DNA of 63,907 nucleotides, the filler included. It is 9 parts of 9 records of this genome, joined end to end, with 100 filler letters (N's around TTAATTAATTAA, not from the genome) between each part and the next. Parts side by side here need not be neighbours in the genome. Positions count along the whole stretch, not along the records: positions 41,515 to 47,384 come from SRR31147125_70592; positions 47,485 to 52,665 come from SRR31147125_70675; positions 52,766 to 58,787 come from SRR31147125_70683; 6 more parts are not named here. The stretch is one strand, 5' to 3'. The position numbers and the translations under genes are program-made. Below, piece after piece: positions 41,741 through 52,872 of this stretch. The first letter of the stretch is position 1. Every line of letters starts with the position of its first letter. The notes beneath the pieces were generated by a model. The model was given only the letters and a program-made list of their open reading frames with translations. It was not told where the DNA came from and searched no databases.

Positions 41741-44188
41741 TCATTGGGCCATGGATGGGGGAGCATTTTCAGGTGAACTCCCCCACTCCTTGTTCGGTTC
41801 AGGACCCATCTTAAAGATGAGTTCTCCTCCATTAACAATGTCTTTATGGTCAATCCACGTTTTATTATAAGACTCACCATTTAAAGCAGCAGATTGTATA
41901 TAAATATTCTTAAAAGAAACACCTTCTGCTTTTATGACAAATTTACCATTACCGTAATAGTCGCCGAGGTTTATCCTGGTCTCTTCAAAAAGTGGGGTTC
42001 CAAAAACATATACATTTTGGCCGGGACAAACTGGATAACAACCAATTGCACTGAGCACATACCACGAGGACAAAGAGCCCATATCTTCGTTACCGCATAA
42101 TCCATCCGGACCGGGCCCATACTTGTCATCCATCACATGACGGACAATTTTCTGGGTTTTCCATGGTTGACCAGCATAATTATACAAATAACCCACATGA
42201 TGGGATGGTTGATTTGCGTGTACATATTGACCAATTGTGCCGGCAACCCCCACGTATTTAGGCCCTGTAACCTCGGGAGTCATGGTGAAAAAGGTATCCA
42301 GTTTACTAACGAAATTCTCGTTACCTCCAAGCAGGTTGATCAAACCCCGTGCATCGTGCGGAACAAACCACAAATATTGCCAGGCGTTCGATTCTGTGAA
42401 ATGGCGATTCGGACGGCTACCAACAAATAGTGGATCAAAACAACTATAATAACTATATCCCTCCCCCAGAGTGATGTTTGGTAAACCCTCACACATTGTT
42501 AGCCATGATCCGTCTTCTTTTCGAGGTCGCATAAAGCGTGTGGTCGAATCAAAAAGATTTTCATAATATCTCGCTCGTTTTATGAATAATTCATAGTCAT
42601 CTTGTTTGCCAAGAGCTTTTGCCATCTGTGCAATGCACCAGTCGTTATAACAATATTCCAAGGTCTTGGATACAGATTCTGTCACTCTGTCTGCAGGGAT
42701 AAACCCCAGACTTTTATAATACTCCAGGCCATGGCGGGCTATCTCAGGTGACAACGGGGGTGAGGGTAATTCCAAGGCCTTTTTCCTCATTGCTTCGTAT
42801 GCTGTTTCAACATCATAATCCCTGATACCTTTCATATAAGCATCGACAATGATTGGTACAAGATGATCCCCTACCATTCCCTGTGAAAATCTATTCCTGG
42901 TGTGTTGGGCTGGTAGCCAACCATAGTGCTTATATTTATCAATAATAGATTTCACTATATCCGGTACATGCTCCGCTTCGATCAATGTCAACAGGGGGTG
43001 CTCGGTCCGAAATGTATCCCACGCTAAAAAAGATGGGTAAAAATCATAATTTTCTGCTGTATAAACCTTCCCATCCATACCCAAATATGTACCGTCAACA
43101 TCGTTTGATATGTATTGTGCCAATAAGGCATGATAGAGGGCTGTATAAAAAGTCACTTTTTGGTCATTGGTTCCCCCTTTTATCATTATTTTACTCAATT
43201 CATTGTTCCAGGTGTTTCGTGCGTTTTCACGAACTTTTATAAAGTTCCAGTGAGGTATTTCAGCATTTAGGTTTTTCCAGGCACCTTCAGTGCTTACAAA
43301 TGAAATTCCTACTTTTACGAGTATCTCTTCTTTTTCTGTCGTGTTATATTTTACATAGCCACCAATACTACCTCCGGACTCCTCCGTCTTGGTGGGATAA
43401 ACTGTCCTTCTAGAATCCCACGTTCCATAGCTGAAAAAGGGTTTACTAAATTCTGCCGCAAAGTAAACAGTACTTCCATAAGAATCTCTGTACCCTTCGA
43501 CTTTTGTTCGGTCGATAAATTTTATATGTGCCCTGATATCGCGTTCAGCTAAAAGCACTCGCTCTGGTATCCTCCGATATTTGGCCTCCTCAGATATTCT
43601 GGCAATTTCTCGTTCAGAAGGTCTACCCCGGCCATATCCAAGGTCAATTATGATATATGCGTCATTCGACTTTGGAAAAGTATATTTGTGAAAACCAACA
43701 CGACGAGTGCTGGTTAACTCTACCTGTATGTTATAATCTTTAAGATTTACGGCATAGTATCCAGCTGATGCCTCTTCTTCATCATGACTAAATCTTGATC
43801 GATAGCCTTCACCCGGATTTTTACGAGAACCCGGGATGATTTTTAACTCCTGTCCAACCCTGGGCATAAAAAGAATTTCGCCAGGCCTTCCTCTTCCACC
43901 TGAACCACTGAAATTGATGTGGGTAAAACCAATAATTGAATTTCCCGCATAGTGATAGCCGAGTGATGCATAGCCCCAACGTTCATAGTTCACATCCGGA
44001 TTTAATTGGACCATACCAAATGGCAAACAGGCTCCAGGGAAGGTATGTGAATAAAAATCGGTTCCAAGAAACGGGTTTATGTAATCAACCGGATCGTTTG
44101 AATCCTGACAAAATGCTGATGCAACGCATAATGATAGGACAAGATAAAAAATAGCGGGGCTACTTACTAAAATCATGCGCATTTTCAT
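41741..44188 (-). CDS. GH92 alpha-mannosidase
   Basis: PFGMVQLNPD, SVSKTLEY, ESNAWQY, NQPSHH and GNEDMG, plus signal peptide. Confidence 0.93.
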   Translation of the reverse strand: MKMRMILVSSPAIFYLVLSLCVASAFCQDSNDPVDYINPFLGTDFYSHTFPGACLPFGMVQLNPDVNYERWGYASLGYHYAGNSIIGFTHINFSGSGGRGRPGEILFMPRVGQELKIIPGSRKNPGEGYRSRFSHDEEEASAGYYAVNLKDYNIQVELTSTRRVGFHKYTFPKSNDAYIIIDLGYGRGRPSEREIARISEEAKYRRIPERVLLAERDIRAHIKFIDRTKVEGYRDSYGSTVYFAAEFSKPFFSYGTWDSRRTVYPTKTEESGGSIGGYVKYNTTEKEEILVKVGISFVSTEGAWKNLNAEIPHWNFIKVRENARNTWNNELSKIMIKGGTNDQKVTFYTALYHALLAQYISNDVDGTYLGMDGKVYTAENYDFYPSFLAWDTFRTEHPLLTLIEAEHVPDIVKSIIDKYKHYGWLPAQHTRNRFSQGMVGDHLVPIIVDAYMKGIRDYDVETAYEAMRKKALELPSPPLSPEIARHGLEYYKSLGFIPADRVTESVSKTLEYCYNDWCIAQMAKALGKQDDYELFIKRARYYENLFDSTTRFMRPRKEDGSWLTMCEGLPNITLGEGYSYYSCFDPLFVGSRPNRHFTESNAWQYLWFVPHDARGLINLLGGNENFVSKLDTFFTMTPEVTGPKYVGVAGTIGQYVHANQPSHHVGYLYNYAGQPWKTQKIVRHVMDDKYGPGPDGLCGNEDMGSLSSWYVLSAIGCYPVCPGQNVYVFGTPLFEETRINLGDYYGNGKFVIKAEGVSFKNIYIQSAALNGESYNKTWIDHKDIVNGGELIFKMGPEPNKEWGSSPENAPPSMAQ

Positions 44189-44914
44189 CTTTGTTCCTCC
44201 TCAAATAATGCGACTATGTCTTATATATGAGTTGTAATATTTCTTTTATTTTTCACCCGGACCCGTTTCATTAGTGGTTTACTCGGTCATTTTCTATTAC
44301 TCTGGCCAGGCCAATGTAAACCGTGCCAAAGTAACCTTCTCCTGTCTGTAATCTTTTACCTCACTCATATAAATAAAATTAGAGTTCTTCCGATCAGGTA
44401 TTTTAAATCTACTCTTTAAGCTTACATTTTTCCAAAATCATAGATCAATAAATCATCTTGCTTTGGCCAGTTATCCTGTTCCTGATCTTTAGAGAATTGT
44501 AATGGTTACAGTTCTCTCAAATTCCACAATTACTTTTTCCTCATAACAACCCTAATCAACAATAAATAGGCATATGGATTCTGCCGTTTCCAAGCTGTTA
44601 AAATCGACTCGATCTTAAAATCTTTTTTCTCCAGAACTTGCAACACACAGCCTTTAATCTGCTTATAAATAAAAGGTCCCAATTTATTATAAAGCTCAAA
44701 ATTTTTTGGTGGAATTTGAGTAGACTATTCTTTGCCGTCAATAATGACTTTTTCGAAAAAAGTGTTTCGTCTTGGCTTTGTATCTGTAAAAGCTAAAATA
44801 ACAACACACATGATGAAATTATGGTTGAATGTAACTGCTTTTTCATAATTTATTCTTGTGAACCATTTTAATAGAATTTAGCTAATTCAATAACCTCGAT
44901 AAAACGCTCCTTGT

Positions 44915-47245
44915 TTAGTCTGACATGGATGGCGGTGCAGCCGTGCGAGAACTGCCCCATTTTTTATTTGGGGTGGGGCCCATTTCGAGAACAAGCCTCC
45001 CTCCCTTAACAAGTTTATCATGGTAAAACCAGGGTCTATTCAGTTTCTTTCCGTTCAAAGTGGCAGACTGAATATAGACATTCTGTTTAGAGTTGTTCCT
45101 GGCTTCGATTACGAACTCTCCGCCGTTATAGTATTCTTTGTCCAAATGAATGACAACCTTGTCGAATATAGGACTTCCAATTTCATATACTGGTCTAACT
45201 GCTGCGCCACCACGCAATTCAAATAATCCGATCGAACTCATGACATACCAGGCAGCCATCTGTCCCTGATCCTCGTCACCTGGATAACCGTCAACAGGTC
45301 CCAATCCATAATAGTGTTCCATCAATTCCCGTACCCACTTTTGCGTCAACCAGGGAGCTCCGACATAGTTAAATAGGTAGGCGACATGCATATTGGGTTG
45401 GTTACCGTGATTAATAGTACCAAAACGGTAATGAAAGTGCTCTGACCGTGCTTTTTCAAAACCTTCATCAAGTCTTTGGATGAATTCCTCTCTTCCCATT
45501 AGATTGATGAGACCTTTTACATCGTGGGGAACGAACCAGGTGTATTGCCAGGAATTCCCTTCGACGAATCCGCTGGCGTATCCACCTGTGCTTCTATAAT
45601 AGGGATCGAAATTCTCGAGCCAGCGCCCATCACGGTACTTGGGTCTGACATAGCCTGTAGAGGTATCAAAGACATTACGGTAGTAATTTGCTCGTTGAAT
45701 AAAGTCTTTGTAATCTTCCTTATTACCGAGTGACTTTGACATCTGGGCTACACACCAGTCATCATAAGCATACTCGAGGGTGTTAGAGACAGGGCCCTCA
45801 TCATGAGGAACATAGCCGAGTTCAAGATAGGATTTGAGATTGTGGTTACCCACAGCGCCCCCACCCTCGTGTGCCCTTCCCGGCTCTGTCATGACATGTT
45901 TTATGGCTTTATATGCCTTCTCGATATCGTACTTTCGAATTCCCTTTTGGTAAGCACTGACGATGAGTGGGACTTCGTGAGACGCAACCATGATACTGCC
46001 ATACTCGATACCACTTGGTCCTTTTGGCAACCAGCCCCCAACATCATAGATCTCCAAGAGCGATTTTACCCATTTATTCGCGATGTCAGGCGTCAAAAGA
46101 GTCCAGAGCTGGTTCTGATTCCAGAACGTCATCCACAACGCATCACAACCGTAAACCGGTGAATCCGGATCCTCAATCTGTTGGACTTTCTCATACATGT
46201 CGACATATTTCCCATTAACATCACTAAAAATCGTTCGCGAACAGTAGGAACGATACATGTTTGTATAGAATTTAATTTTATCAGCCTCTGCACCTCCGTA
46301 TACCTCGATTTTACCGATCAATTCGTTCCAGGCATTTCGGGCGTTATTACGAGCCGCATCAAAATCCCATCCAAATGCTGCAATCTCTGTTTCCAAATTC
46401 AGCCTCGCCTGCTTCATACTCACAAACGAAACGCCTGTCTTCACCATGATAACCTCTCCCTCGTTCGTAGAGTAGTCGAGAAAAACACCAACATCACCTT
46501 TTCCATGTATCTCATTGACATCCCTATAAACGCGTTCGTGGTTCCACTCGCTTGTCAATTCCGGATGACTTTTCCACCCGGTGAAGCTTTTAAAAGGTTT
46601 GCTAAAACGGGCAACGAAATGGAGAGTGTATTCATTCCAGCTCCTTCCACGTCCCGTCTGCTGTACGGAATACCCCTCAATTTCAGTATCATTTACTTTG
46701 CGAATATAGGCTTCATGTATAGTAAAGCCGCACTCTGTTGGGATCTTTAAATCAAAAAGAATAGTAGCATTCTCTGCCTCAGGGAAGGTAAATTTGAGAA
46801 AACCACACCTCGTCGTGGATGTCAGTTCTGCTCGGATGTCATAGTCTTCAAGTGTGACAGCATAGTATCCCGGGGATGCTGTCTCTCTTTTGTGGATAAT
46901 TTGGGAGCCGTAATATCCGTTCCACCCCCATCTTCCATACATCTCGCCCGTTGTCGCAGTAACCAAAAGTCCTCCCATGGTGTGGGAGTGGATGTGACTA
47001 AATCCGGTTACCCGGTCGATTTTGTATTCGTATCCTGCATTCCAACTCTGCCCCTGGTTGTCGGGACTCAACTTGACCATACCAAATGGCATGCTTGGAC
47101 CGGGATAAAGCATCCAGCGAGAACGTGAGGTACCAAGAAAGGGATCGACATAATCGACTGGCTCTTTTCCATAAATTCCAATAACGAGAGTAAAAACAAA
47201 GAGAAAGATGATTAAAATACAAGGTGCAGATTTCAAATATCGCAT
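44915..47245 (-). CDS. GH92 alpha-mannosidase
   Basis: PFGMVKLSPD, SNTLEYAYDD, EGNSWQY, HGNQP and GDEDQGQM. Confidence 0.93.
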   Translation of the reverse strand: MRYLKSAPCILIIFLFVFTLVIGIYGKEPVDYVDPFLGTSRSRWMLYPGPSMPFGMVKLSPDNQGQSWNAGYEYKIDRVTGFSHIHSHTMGGLLVTATTGEMYGRWGWNGYYGSQIIHKRETASPGYYAVTLEDYDIRAELTSTTRCGFLKFTFPEAENATILFDLKIPTECGFTIHEAYIRKVNDTEIEGYSVQQTGRGRSWNEYTLHFVARFSKPFKSFTGWKSHPELTSEWNHERVYRDVNEIHGKGDVGVFLDYSTNEGEVIMVKTGVSFVSMKQARLNLETEIAAFGWDFDAARNNARNAWNELIGKIEVYGGAEADKIKFYTNMYRSYCSRTIFSDVNGKYVDMYEKVQQIEDPDSPVYGCDALWMTFWNQNQLWTLLTPDIANKWVKSLLEIYDVGGWLPKGPSGIEYGSIMVASHEVPLIVSAYQKGIRKYDIEKAYKAIKHVMTEPGRAHEGGGAVGNHNLKSYLELGYVPHDEGPVSNTLEYAYDDWCVAQMSKSLGNKEDYKDFIQRANYYRNVFDTSTGYVRPKYRDGRWLENFDPYYRSTGGYASGFVEGNSWQYTWFVPHDVKGLINLMGREEFIQRLDEGFEKARSEHFHYRFGTINHGNQPNMHVAYLFNYVGAPWLTQKWVRELMEHYYGLGPVDGYPGDEDQGQMAAWYVMSSIGLFELRGGAAVRPVYEIGSPIFDKVVIHLDKEYYNGGEFVIEARNNSKQNVYIQSATLNGKKLNRPWFYHDKLVKGGRLVLEMGPTPNKKWGSSRTAAPPSMSD

Positions 47246-47296
47246 ATTTTTTCTCTTGCAATTATTAAAAGAATATGAACGGAACAGAGTGAAATG

Positions 47297-47384
47297 TTAA
47301 CGAGACATAGATGGCGGAGCAGCGTCTGGGCTAACACCCCATTGTATGTTCGGCTCCGGACCCATTTGGAATATTAATGTTCCC
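47297..47384 (-). CDS. C-terminus of a third GH92 (5'-truncated)
   Basis: GTLIFQMGPEPNIQWGVSPDAAPPSMSR* matches the tails of the two neighbours. Confidence 0.8.
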
Positions 47385-47901
47385 NNNNNNNNNNNNNNNN
47401 NNNNNNNNNNNNNNNNNNNNNNNNNNNNTTAATTAATTAANNNNNNNNNNNNNNNNNNNNNNNNNNNNNNNNNNNNNNNNNNNNCCCCAAACACACATCG
47501 TGCTGAACGCACGATAGAACAAATGAACAAAAAAGATTTGAGTTATCAAAATGTTAGAAACGATTTTTTTGAATTTTTCAACAAGTTTTTATTACAATTT
47601 TGATATACATAAAACTTAGTGACTACAACGCATAACCCTAACGACTATCGACAAGCTTCTTTCCAAACAATATGTAAAAAAATGGATCTGATTATACAGC
47701 CTCAGGCTATACTACAGGAGCATCTAATTGAAGGTTCAATTTTTTGTGTTTGGTTTATAATTTCAGTCTATATTTTCTTTGGTCAAAACATTTATCACAA
47801 ACAGAAATCAATGCAAATTACGCGTCAATCATGCTAATTTCCAGAGTTTGGGTTTACTGATATATCGAAAATCTATTTAGTTATTTTTATTGAATATTTA
47901 T

Positions 47902-49557
47902 TTAGTTCTGAATAATTCCCGTTCCTTCTTTGATTTTAATATACTTGTCTATATCAATGTTAGTGTAAACTTCTTTTTCTCCACCAGTCCACTGAATTTC
48001 AAGCTTATCGATGTTTTTATGCTGGCCTAAGCCTATGTGCAATCTGGGTTCGTTATTAGATAAATACCCGGTTGCAAACTGGTTAATAAAAACCTTTTTT
48101 TCTTCACCTACCAAAACTGTAATTTTTGCCGAAATAGCTGATGCCGGGCCTTTTTTACCAATTAATGATAAACCTAACCAATGGTTATCGTTTGTTCCGT
48201 TATTCATTAGTAATGCCGGCTCTCCTTTTAAGTCGAGGTTCGAGATAAGGATGTCCATTTGTCCGTCGTTATTGTAATCAAGAACTACCAAACCACGTCC
48301 AGAGCGTTTTGTTGCAAAGTACGGACAAAGTTCTTTTCCCACATCTTTAAAGTTGCCTTTTCCATCGTTTTCGAGCAAAACAGCATGTTGAAGAATTAAC
48401 TCCTCGGCAGTTCCATTTGCCGAAACAATATCCAGGTCGCCATCGTTATCAAAATCAATAAATGCTGTTCCCCAGCTACCTTTTCCTGAAAACGAAGCAG
48501 AAACACCGCTCGATTCAATAATATCTTTATAAAAGCCGTTGCCTTGATTCAGATAGAACGCGCCGTATTTTAAGTCGCCAACCAAAATATCGAGTAAGCC
48601 ATCGCCATTCACATCGCCAATTGTACCGTGCATCGAGCCGGTTGGTACACCATGCGTATTTACCGAAACTCCAGAAGGAATTCCTGCATCACGGTATTTG
48701 CCATTTTCATTTTTAAACAGGAAATTTTTTTGATGATCGTTGGCCTGAAAAATGTCCATATCACCGTCGTCATCCTCATCGTAAATGGTTAATCCCATAC
48801 ATTTCGAGTCGGGATACAGCAGGTTGTTTTCCGCGCTGACATCAACAAAACGTCCATTGGCTTGCTGCTTATACAACATGGTTGCCTGTCCTTTGTATTC
48901 TGACGGATGCGGCATCATACCGGGCGTTTGCGTAGAAATATATTCAGGGTCGAATGCCAAAAAGTTTCCAACCATTGCATCGAGCAAATCGTCGTTGTTA
49001 TAATCCCAGAACGACACTCCGATACTCCATTTTGTAAAGCCATTTAACTCTTTCGGGCCTTCCAAACCAAGCTTTTCGGTAATATCAGAAAATGTTCCAT
49101 CGCCATTGTTGTGGTAAAAAACATTTGGCCCGTAATTCAGAAGAAAAAGATCCTGAAAACCATCGTTATCCAAATCGATTGGCCCGGCTGCCATACTCCA
49201 GTGTTTATCGTCAACGCCGGCTTGTTTTGCAACTTCGGAAAAGGTTCCGTCGCCATTGTTTTTATACAATTCGCAAGGAGTATCGGTAAATACCTTGCCA
49301 TCTTCCTGCGAAATGCCATCAAGATAAGTACCGTTCATCAGGTAGATATCCATTAAATCGTCGTTATTGAAATCAAAAACGGTAATACCCGAGCCACTGC
49401 TTTCCAGTATGTTTTCGTAATGAGTATCGCCAAAATTGTAAATAAAATCAATCCCGGCCTTTTTGGTAACCTCAGTAAAAACAGGTTTCTGTGCAAAAAG
49501 CAAAACAGGAAATCCGGTAAAAAGAATGTAAAAAATGAATTTTAAATTAGTTGTCAT
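47902..49557 (-). CDS. CRTAC1-like FG-GAP repeat protein with ASPIC/UnbV domain
   Basis: Multiple D.NNDG..D repeats, RG....DYNNDG, and HIGLG...I.W tail. Signal peptide. Confidence 0.88.
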   Translation of the reverse strand: MTTNLKFIFYILFTGFPVLLFAQKPVFTEVTKKAGIDFIYNFGDTHYENILESSGSGITVFDFNNDDLMDIYLMNGTYLDGISQEDGKVFTDTPCELYKNNGDGTFSEVAKQAGVDDKHWSMAAGPIDLDNDGFQDLFLLNYGPNVFYHNNGDGTFSDITEKLGLEGPKELNGFTKWSIGVSFWDYNNDDLLDAMVGNFLAFDPEYISTQTPGMMPHPSEYKGQATMLYKQQANGRFVDVSAENNLLYPDSKCMGLTIYDEDDDGDMDIFQANDHQKNFLFKNENGKYRDAGIPSGVSVNTHGVPTGSMHGTIGDVNGDGLLDILVGDLKYGAFYLNQGNGFYKDIIESSGVSASFSGKGSWGTAFIDFDNDGDLDIVSANGTAEELILQHAVLLENDGKGNFKDVGKELCPYFATKRSGRGLVVLDYNNDGQMDILISNLDLKGEPALLMNNGTNDNHWLGLSLIGKKGPASAISAKITVLVGEEKKVFINQFATGYLSNNEPRLHIGLGQHKNIDKLEIQWTGGEKEVYTNIDIDKYIKIKEGTGIIQN

Positions 49558-49719
49558 TGTAAGCTTCGTTATTGAAGTTGTTTTAAGTAAATTAAAAAAA
49601 CTGCGAGCAACATCTTGATTCCATTGGCTTCAGCTAATTTTTCTCACGTAGCTAAGGCTATGCTCGAAAAATGGAGCTTTGCCACTGTAAATCAATATGT
49701 CACTCTCGAAATTTCCCAT

Positions 49720-52665
49720 TTACTCATAACAACTTCGTTTAATAAAATTGCGGTAGTTTTCAATGGTTACTACACGTGTATTATACTCCTTCATATATTT
49801 CTGATGTTCTGCGGTGTTTGGGAAAACATCCTCTTTTGAAGGGGGATATGTTTTCATTCCATGGAAAGGCAGCGGCTCAACCTGGTTTCCAAAGGCTGTA
49901 TTTAAATCACCATCTTTCACCCAACCAATGCTGTGAATAAAGAAATCGCGTGTCCATCCTTCAGGTAGTTCAGGTAACGAATCGGCATCGAATTCCAGTG
50001 TCATTTCATCGCCTGCATTGGAAATAACATATTGGTTATCGGCTTCTCCTAATAATGGCAAAACATCTCCGTATCGTGTGTAATTTCCCACAAGATCTAC
50101 CCATATGGCATCTGTATTCACATCGCTGTAATCGAACCAATGAGGTCCGTATCGACCACCTTTTCGGTAGGTTCTGGAGAATCCCCGATAATGGAAATCG
50201 GCCATTTCGGGTTGAATGAAATTGGTTTTTACCGGAGCTTCTGAATCTCCTTCTGAAAAGAAAATATAGTCCCAGTAGATTTCCATATTTGTTGCAATCC
50301 TTATCCGGTGGTCTTTCGTGATGAAAATATTTGAAAGATCGAGAATTACCGTTTTGTCTTTACCCATCGGGAATCCGAAATTTGCAAGTACCGTTTCCCA
50401 TTCTCCTTTTTTATTGATAACCTGAATTACCGGCCAGGCAACGTTAATCGAATTTCCTTGCGATAAGGCAAAATTTATACTTGCATCGGTGGGGAATACC
50501 CATCCTTTCATAAATATCTGAAGATTCTTACTCTTGGCAGCTTCTCCCGGATCGAGGATTAAAGAATGCATTTCTGTTGTTCCCTGGTACTTATCGGAAT
50601 TAAATCCGGGAAGATAAACATCATCTTCTTTTTCAATGTATGAAAGCACATCGTTTCCATCGTGATCGATTGCCGAAACCGGCGTAATTTTATTGCTAAC
50701 CTGGTAGATTTCATAACCCGGGAAAGGTGGTGGAGTGAATTGTTCGGGCACAAAAACATCAATAGATTCGGGGTGGTCGGCAACAGCCAATCGAATCTTA
50801 TCCATATAAATGGTTTCCCACAATTCGGAGGTAACCTGGATTGAATATTTGCCGTCTTTCGCTTTTAGTTTTTCTCCCGGAATCTTAATATAATCGTCGG
50901 AGGCAGCAGCAAAACCATAGGTTGTATTTTCGCCCATAATACCAAGTGGCATACCCAAGGCACTTCTCCAATATCTGTTACAAATTCGTACTCGCTGCCA
51001 TTCCATGCATACAAGAATGGGCAACAACCTTTCAGTGTTTGTGCTTCAATTAATGCCTGATCAACACCCGGACGGAAGATATTCTGAGGCACTCCGTTGG
51101 TCCAGGTAATTCTAATGATGTCCGCATTTTTTCGGTGCCCCAATCCAAAGTGAATATTAGGCGAAGTCACAACTTTCGTCTGGTAAAGATCGCCACTTCG
51201 CACTTCAACTTTTGCTCCTATTCCAAAGTGGTTGTTTTTGGCACTTCCGGTACGCAATCCAACCAATTTCATATTTACGTAGTGGTTAATGTTTCCACCA
51301 TCGTTGCGCAACAGGTAAACTGCTCCGTTTGTGCCGGCCAAAAGAATATCAACATCGCCGTCGTCGTTGTAATCGAACAATGAAATTTGTCGTGCCGATT
51401 TTACATTTTCGGGTAACAAGTGCGATACTTCTTTAAAAACTCCCGGGCTATCGTTATGGAATAAGAAAACGCCACGTTCTTCATCAACTGTTGACTGGCC
51501 GGCGATTATAATATCAAGATAACCATCGTTGTCGAAATCTAAGAAATGTGCATCGTAAGCAACAACATTTTTCAAAGGAGAAAACATTTCGGCGCAATTT
51601 TCAAGTTCACTGAAAGTACCGTTTTCATGTTGCTGAAATAGTTTTACTTCACCTGCTGAAACAGAGGTAACAAACACATCGAGAAAACCATCGTTGTTAA
51701 AATCTACAGCCTCAACAGAACTTCCTGCAAATGTATTATCCAAACCACAGTGGGCGGTAATATCTTTAAAAATCCCTGGCGTTGGTTCGAATAGAAGTAG
51801 GTTCCTGATTCGCCGGTTACAATCAAATCAATATCATCGTCGTTATCGAAATCGCCAATGGCAACATCGTTAAAACTTTTGTCAGCAGCAATTCCTGTTT
51901 TTTCAATTATTTGCTTAAAAGTACCGTCGGAGTTATTTCTAAACATCTGGCTACCATTTTCCCCAATTTTAAATAAATCGAGGTCGCCATCATGATCGTA
52001 ATCAAAAGATAACGATTTGTGTCCTGCAGTTTTATTATCTATATCCGATTTCCTTGTAATATCCTTAAATACACCTTTTTCAGCATTTCTATAGAAAACA
52101 TCACCATCTTCTTTTAAGATGTACAAATCAAGAAAACCGTCGTTGTCGTAATCAGCAAATTCAGCCGAAAATTCGTTGCCATTTTGGTCAATTCCAACAT
52201 CTGAAGACACATCGGTAAACCTTCCCATTTCGTTATTGTAGAGCGAATGTTTAAAGGTTGATGTTGCCGGATTGTAAGAAGCAAGGTAAATATCAATGTC
52301 GCCATCGCCATCGTAATCGGCAGACTCAACATGACTTAAAATCTTATCACCAGAATTATCGGAAACAAATGATTTAATTCCGGCCGACTCGCTTACCTCG
52401 TTAAATTTAATTACATCGAGATACGATTTTTCCTCCACATCCTGAATTATCAACTCCTTGTTATACTCAATTAATGGGAATCCGATTAAGTTACCTCCCG
52501 GACCTTTTAATTCCATAATTCCGGCCTGGTAAGGAGCAGTAACCTTCATGTAATTATGAAAAATGGTAAACTGTATTAACGCATTTTCCAAATCATTTTT
52601 CCGCAACAAATCGAGTGCATTATTATAAAATCCGGTTGCTTCTTTCGGAAATTCAGGAAATTGTT
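49720..52665 (-). CDS. Large FG-GAP/ASPIC-UnbV protein with C-terminal extension (5'-truncated, frameshifts near 51770 and 50972)
   Basis: DYDNDG repeats, HFGLG, KGCCPFLYAWNG, then YTRYGDV and GWVKDGD. Three ORFs join into one gene. Confidence 0.82.
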
Positions 52666-52765
52666 NNNNNNNNNNNNNNNNNNNNNNNNNNNNNNNNNNN
52701 NNNNNNNNNTTAATTAATTAANNNNNNNNNNNNNNNNNNNNNNNNNNNNNNNNNNNNNNNNNNNN

Positions 52766-52861
52766 AAAATCGAGTTGCTAAATCTAAAGATTCAAACACT
52801 TTATGATTTTGAGAATAACATCGGAATTGTTCCAAACGAAATTATTGAAAAACGTAAATAA
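52766..52861 (+). CDS. Probable TolC-family outer-membrane factor, C-terminal fragment
   Basis: KIELLNLKIQTLYDFENN...*, directly upstream of the MFP gene. Confidence 0.55.
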   Translation, partial: KIELLNLKIQTLYDFENNIGIVPNEIIEKRK

Positions 52862-52872
52862 TAAATATCATC

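Noticed and set aside
47485-47837. Short + strand ORFs at the start of contig 7
   Set aside because: Possible gene tail, but no identifiable motifs.
49622-49690. Imperfect palindromic intergenic element between the FG-GAP genes
   Set aside because: Single copy in the window with weak pairing. It may be a dispersed repeat, but that cannot be supported here.
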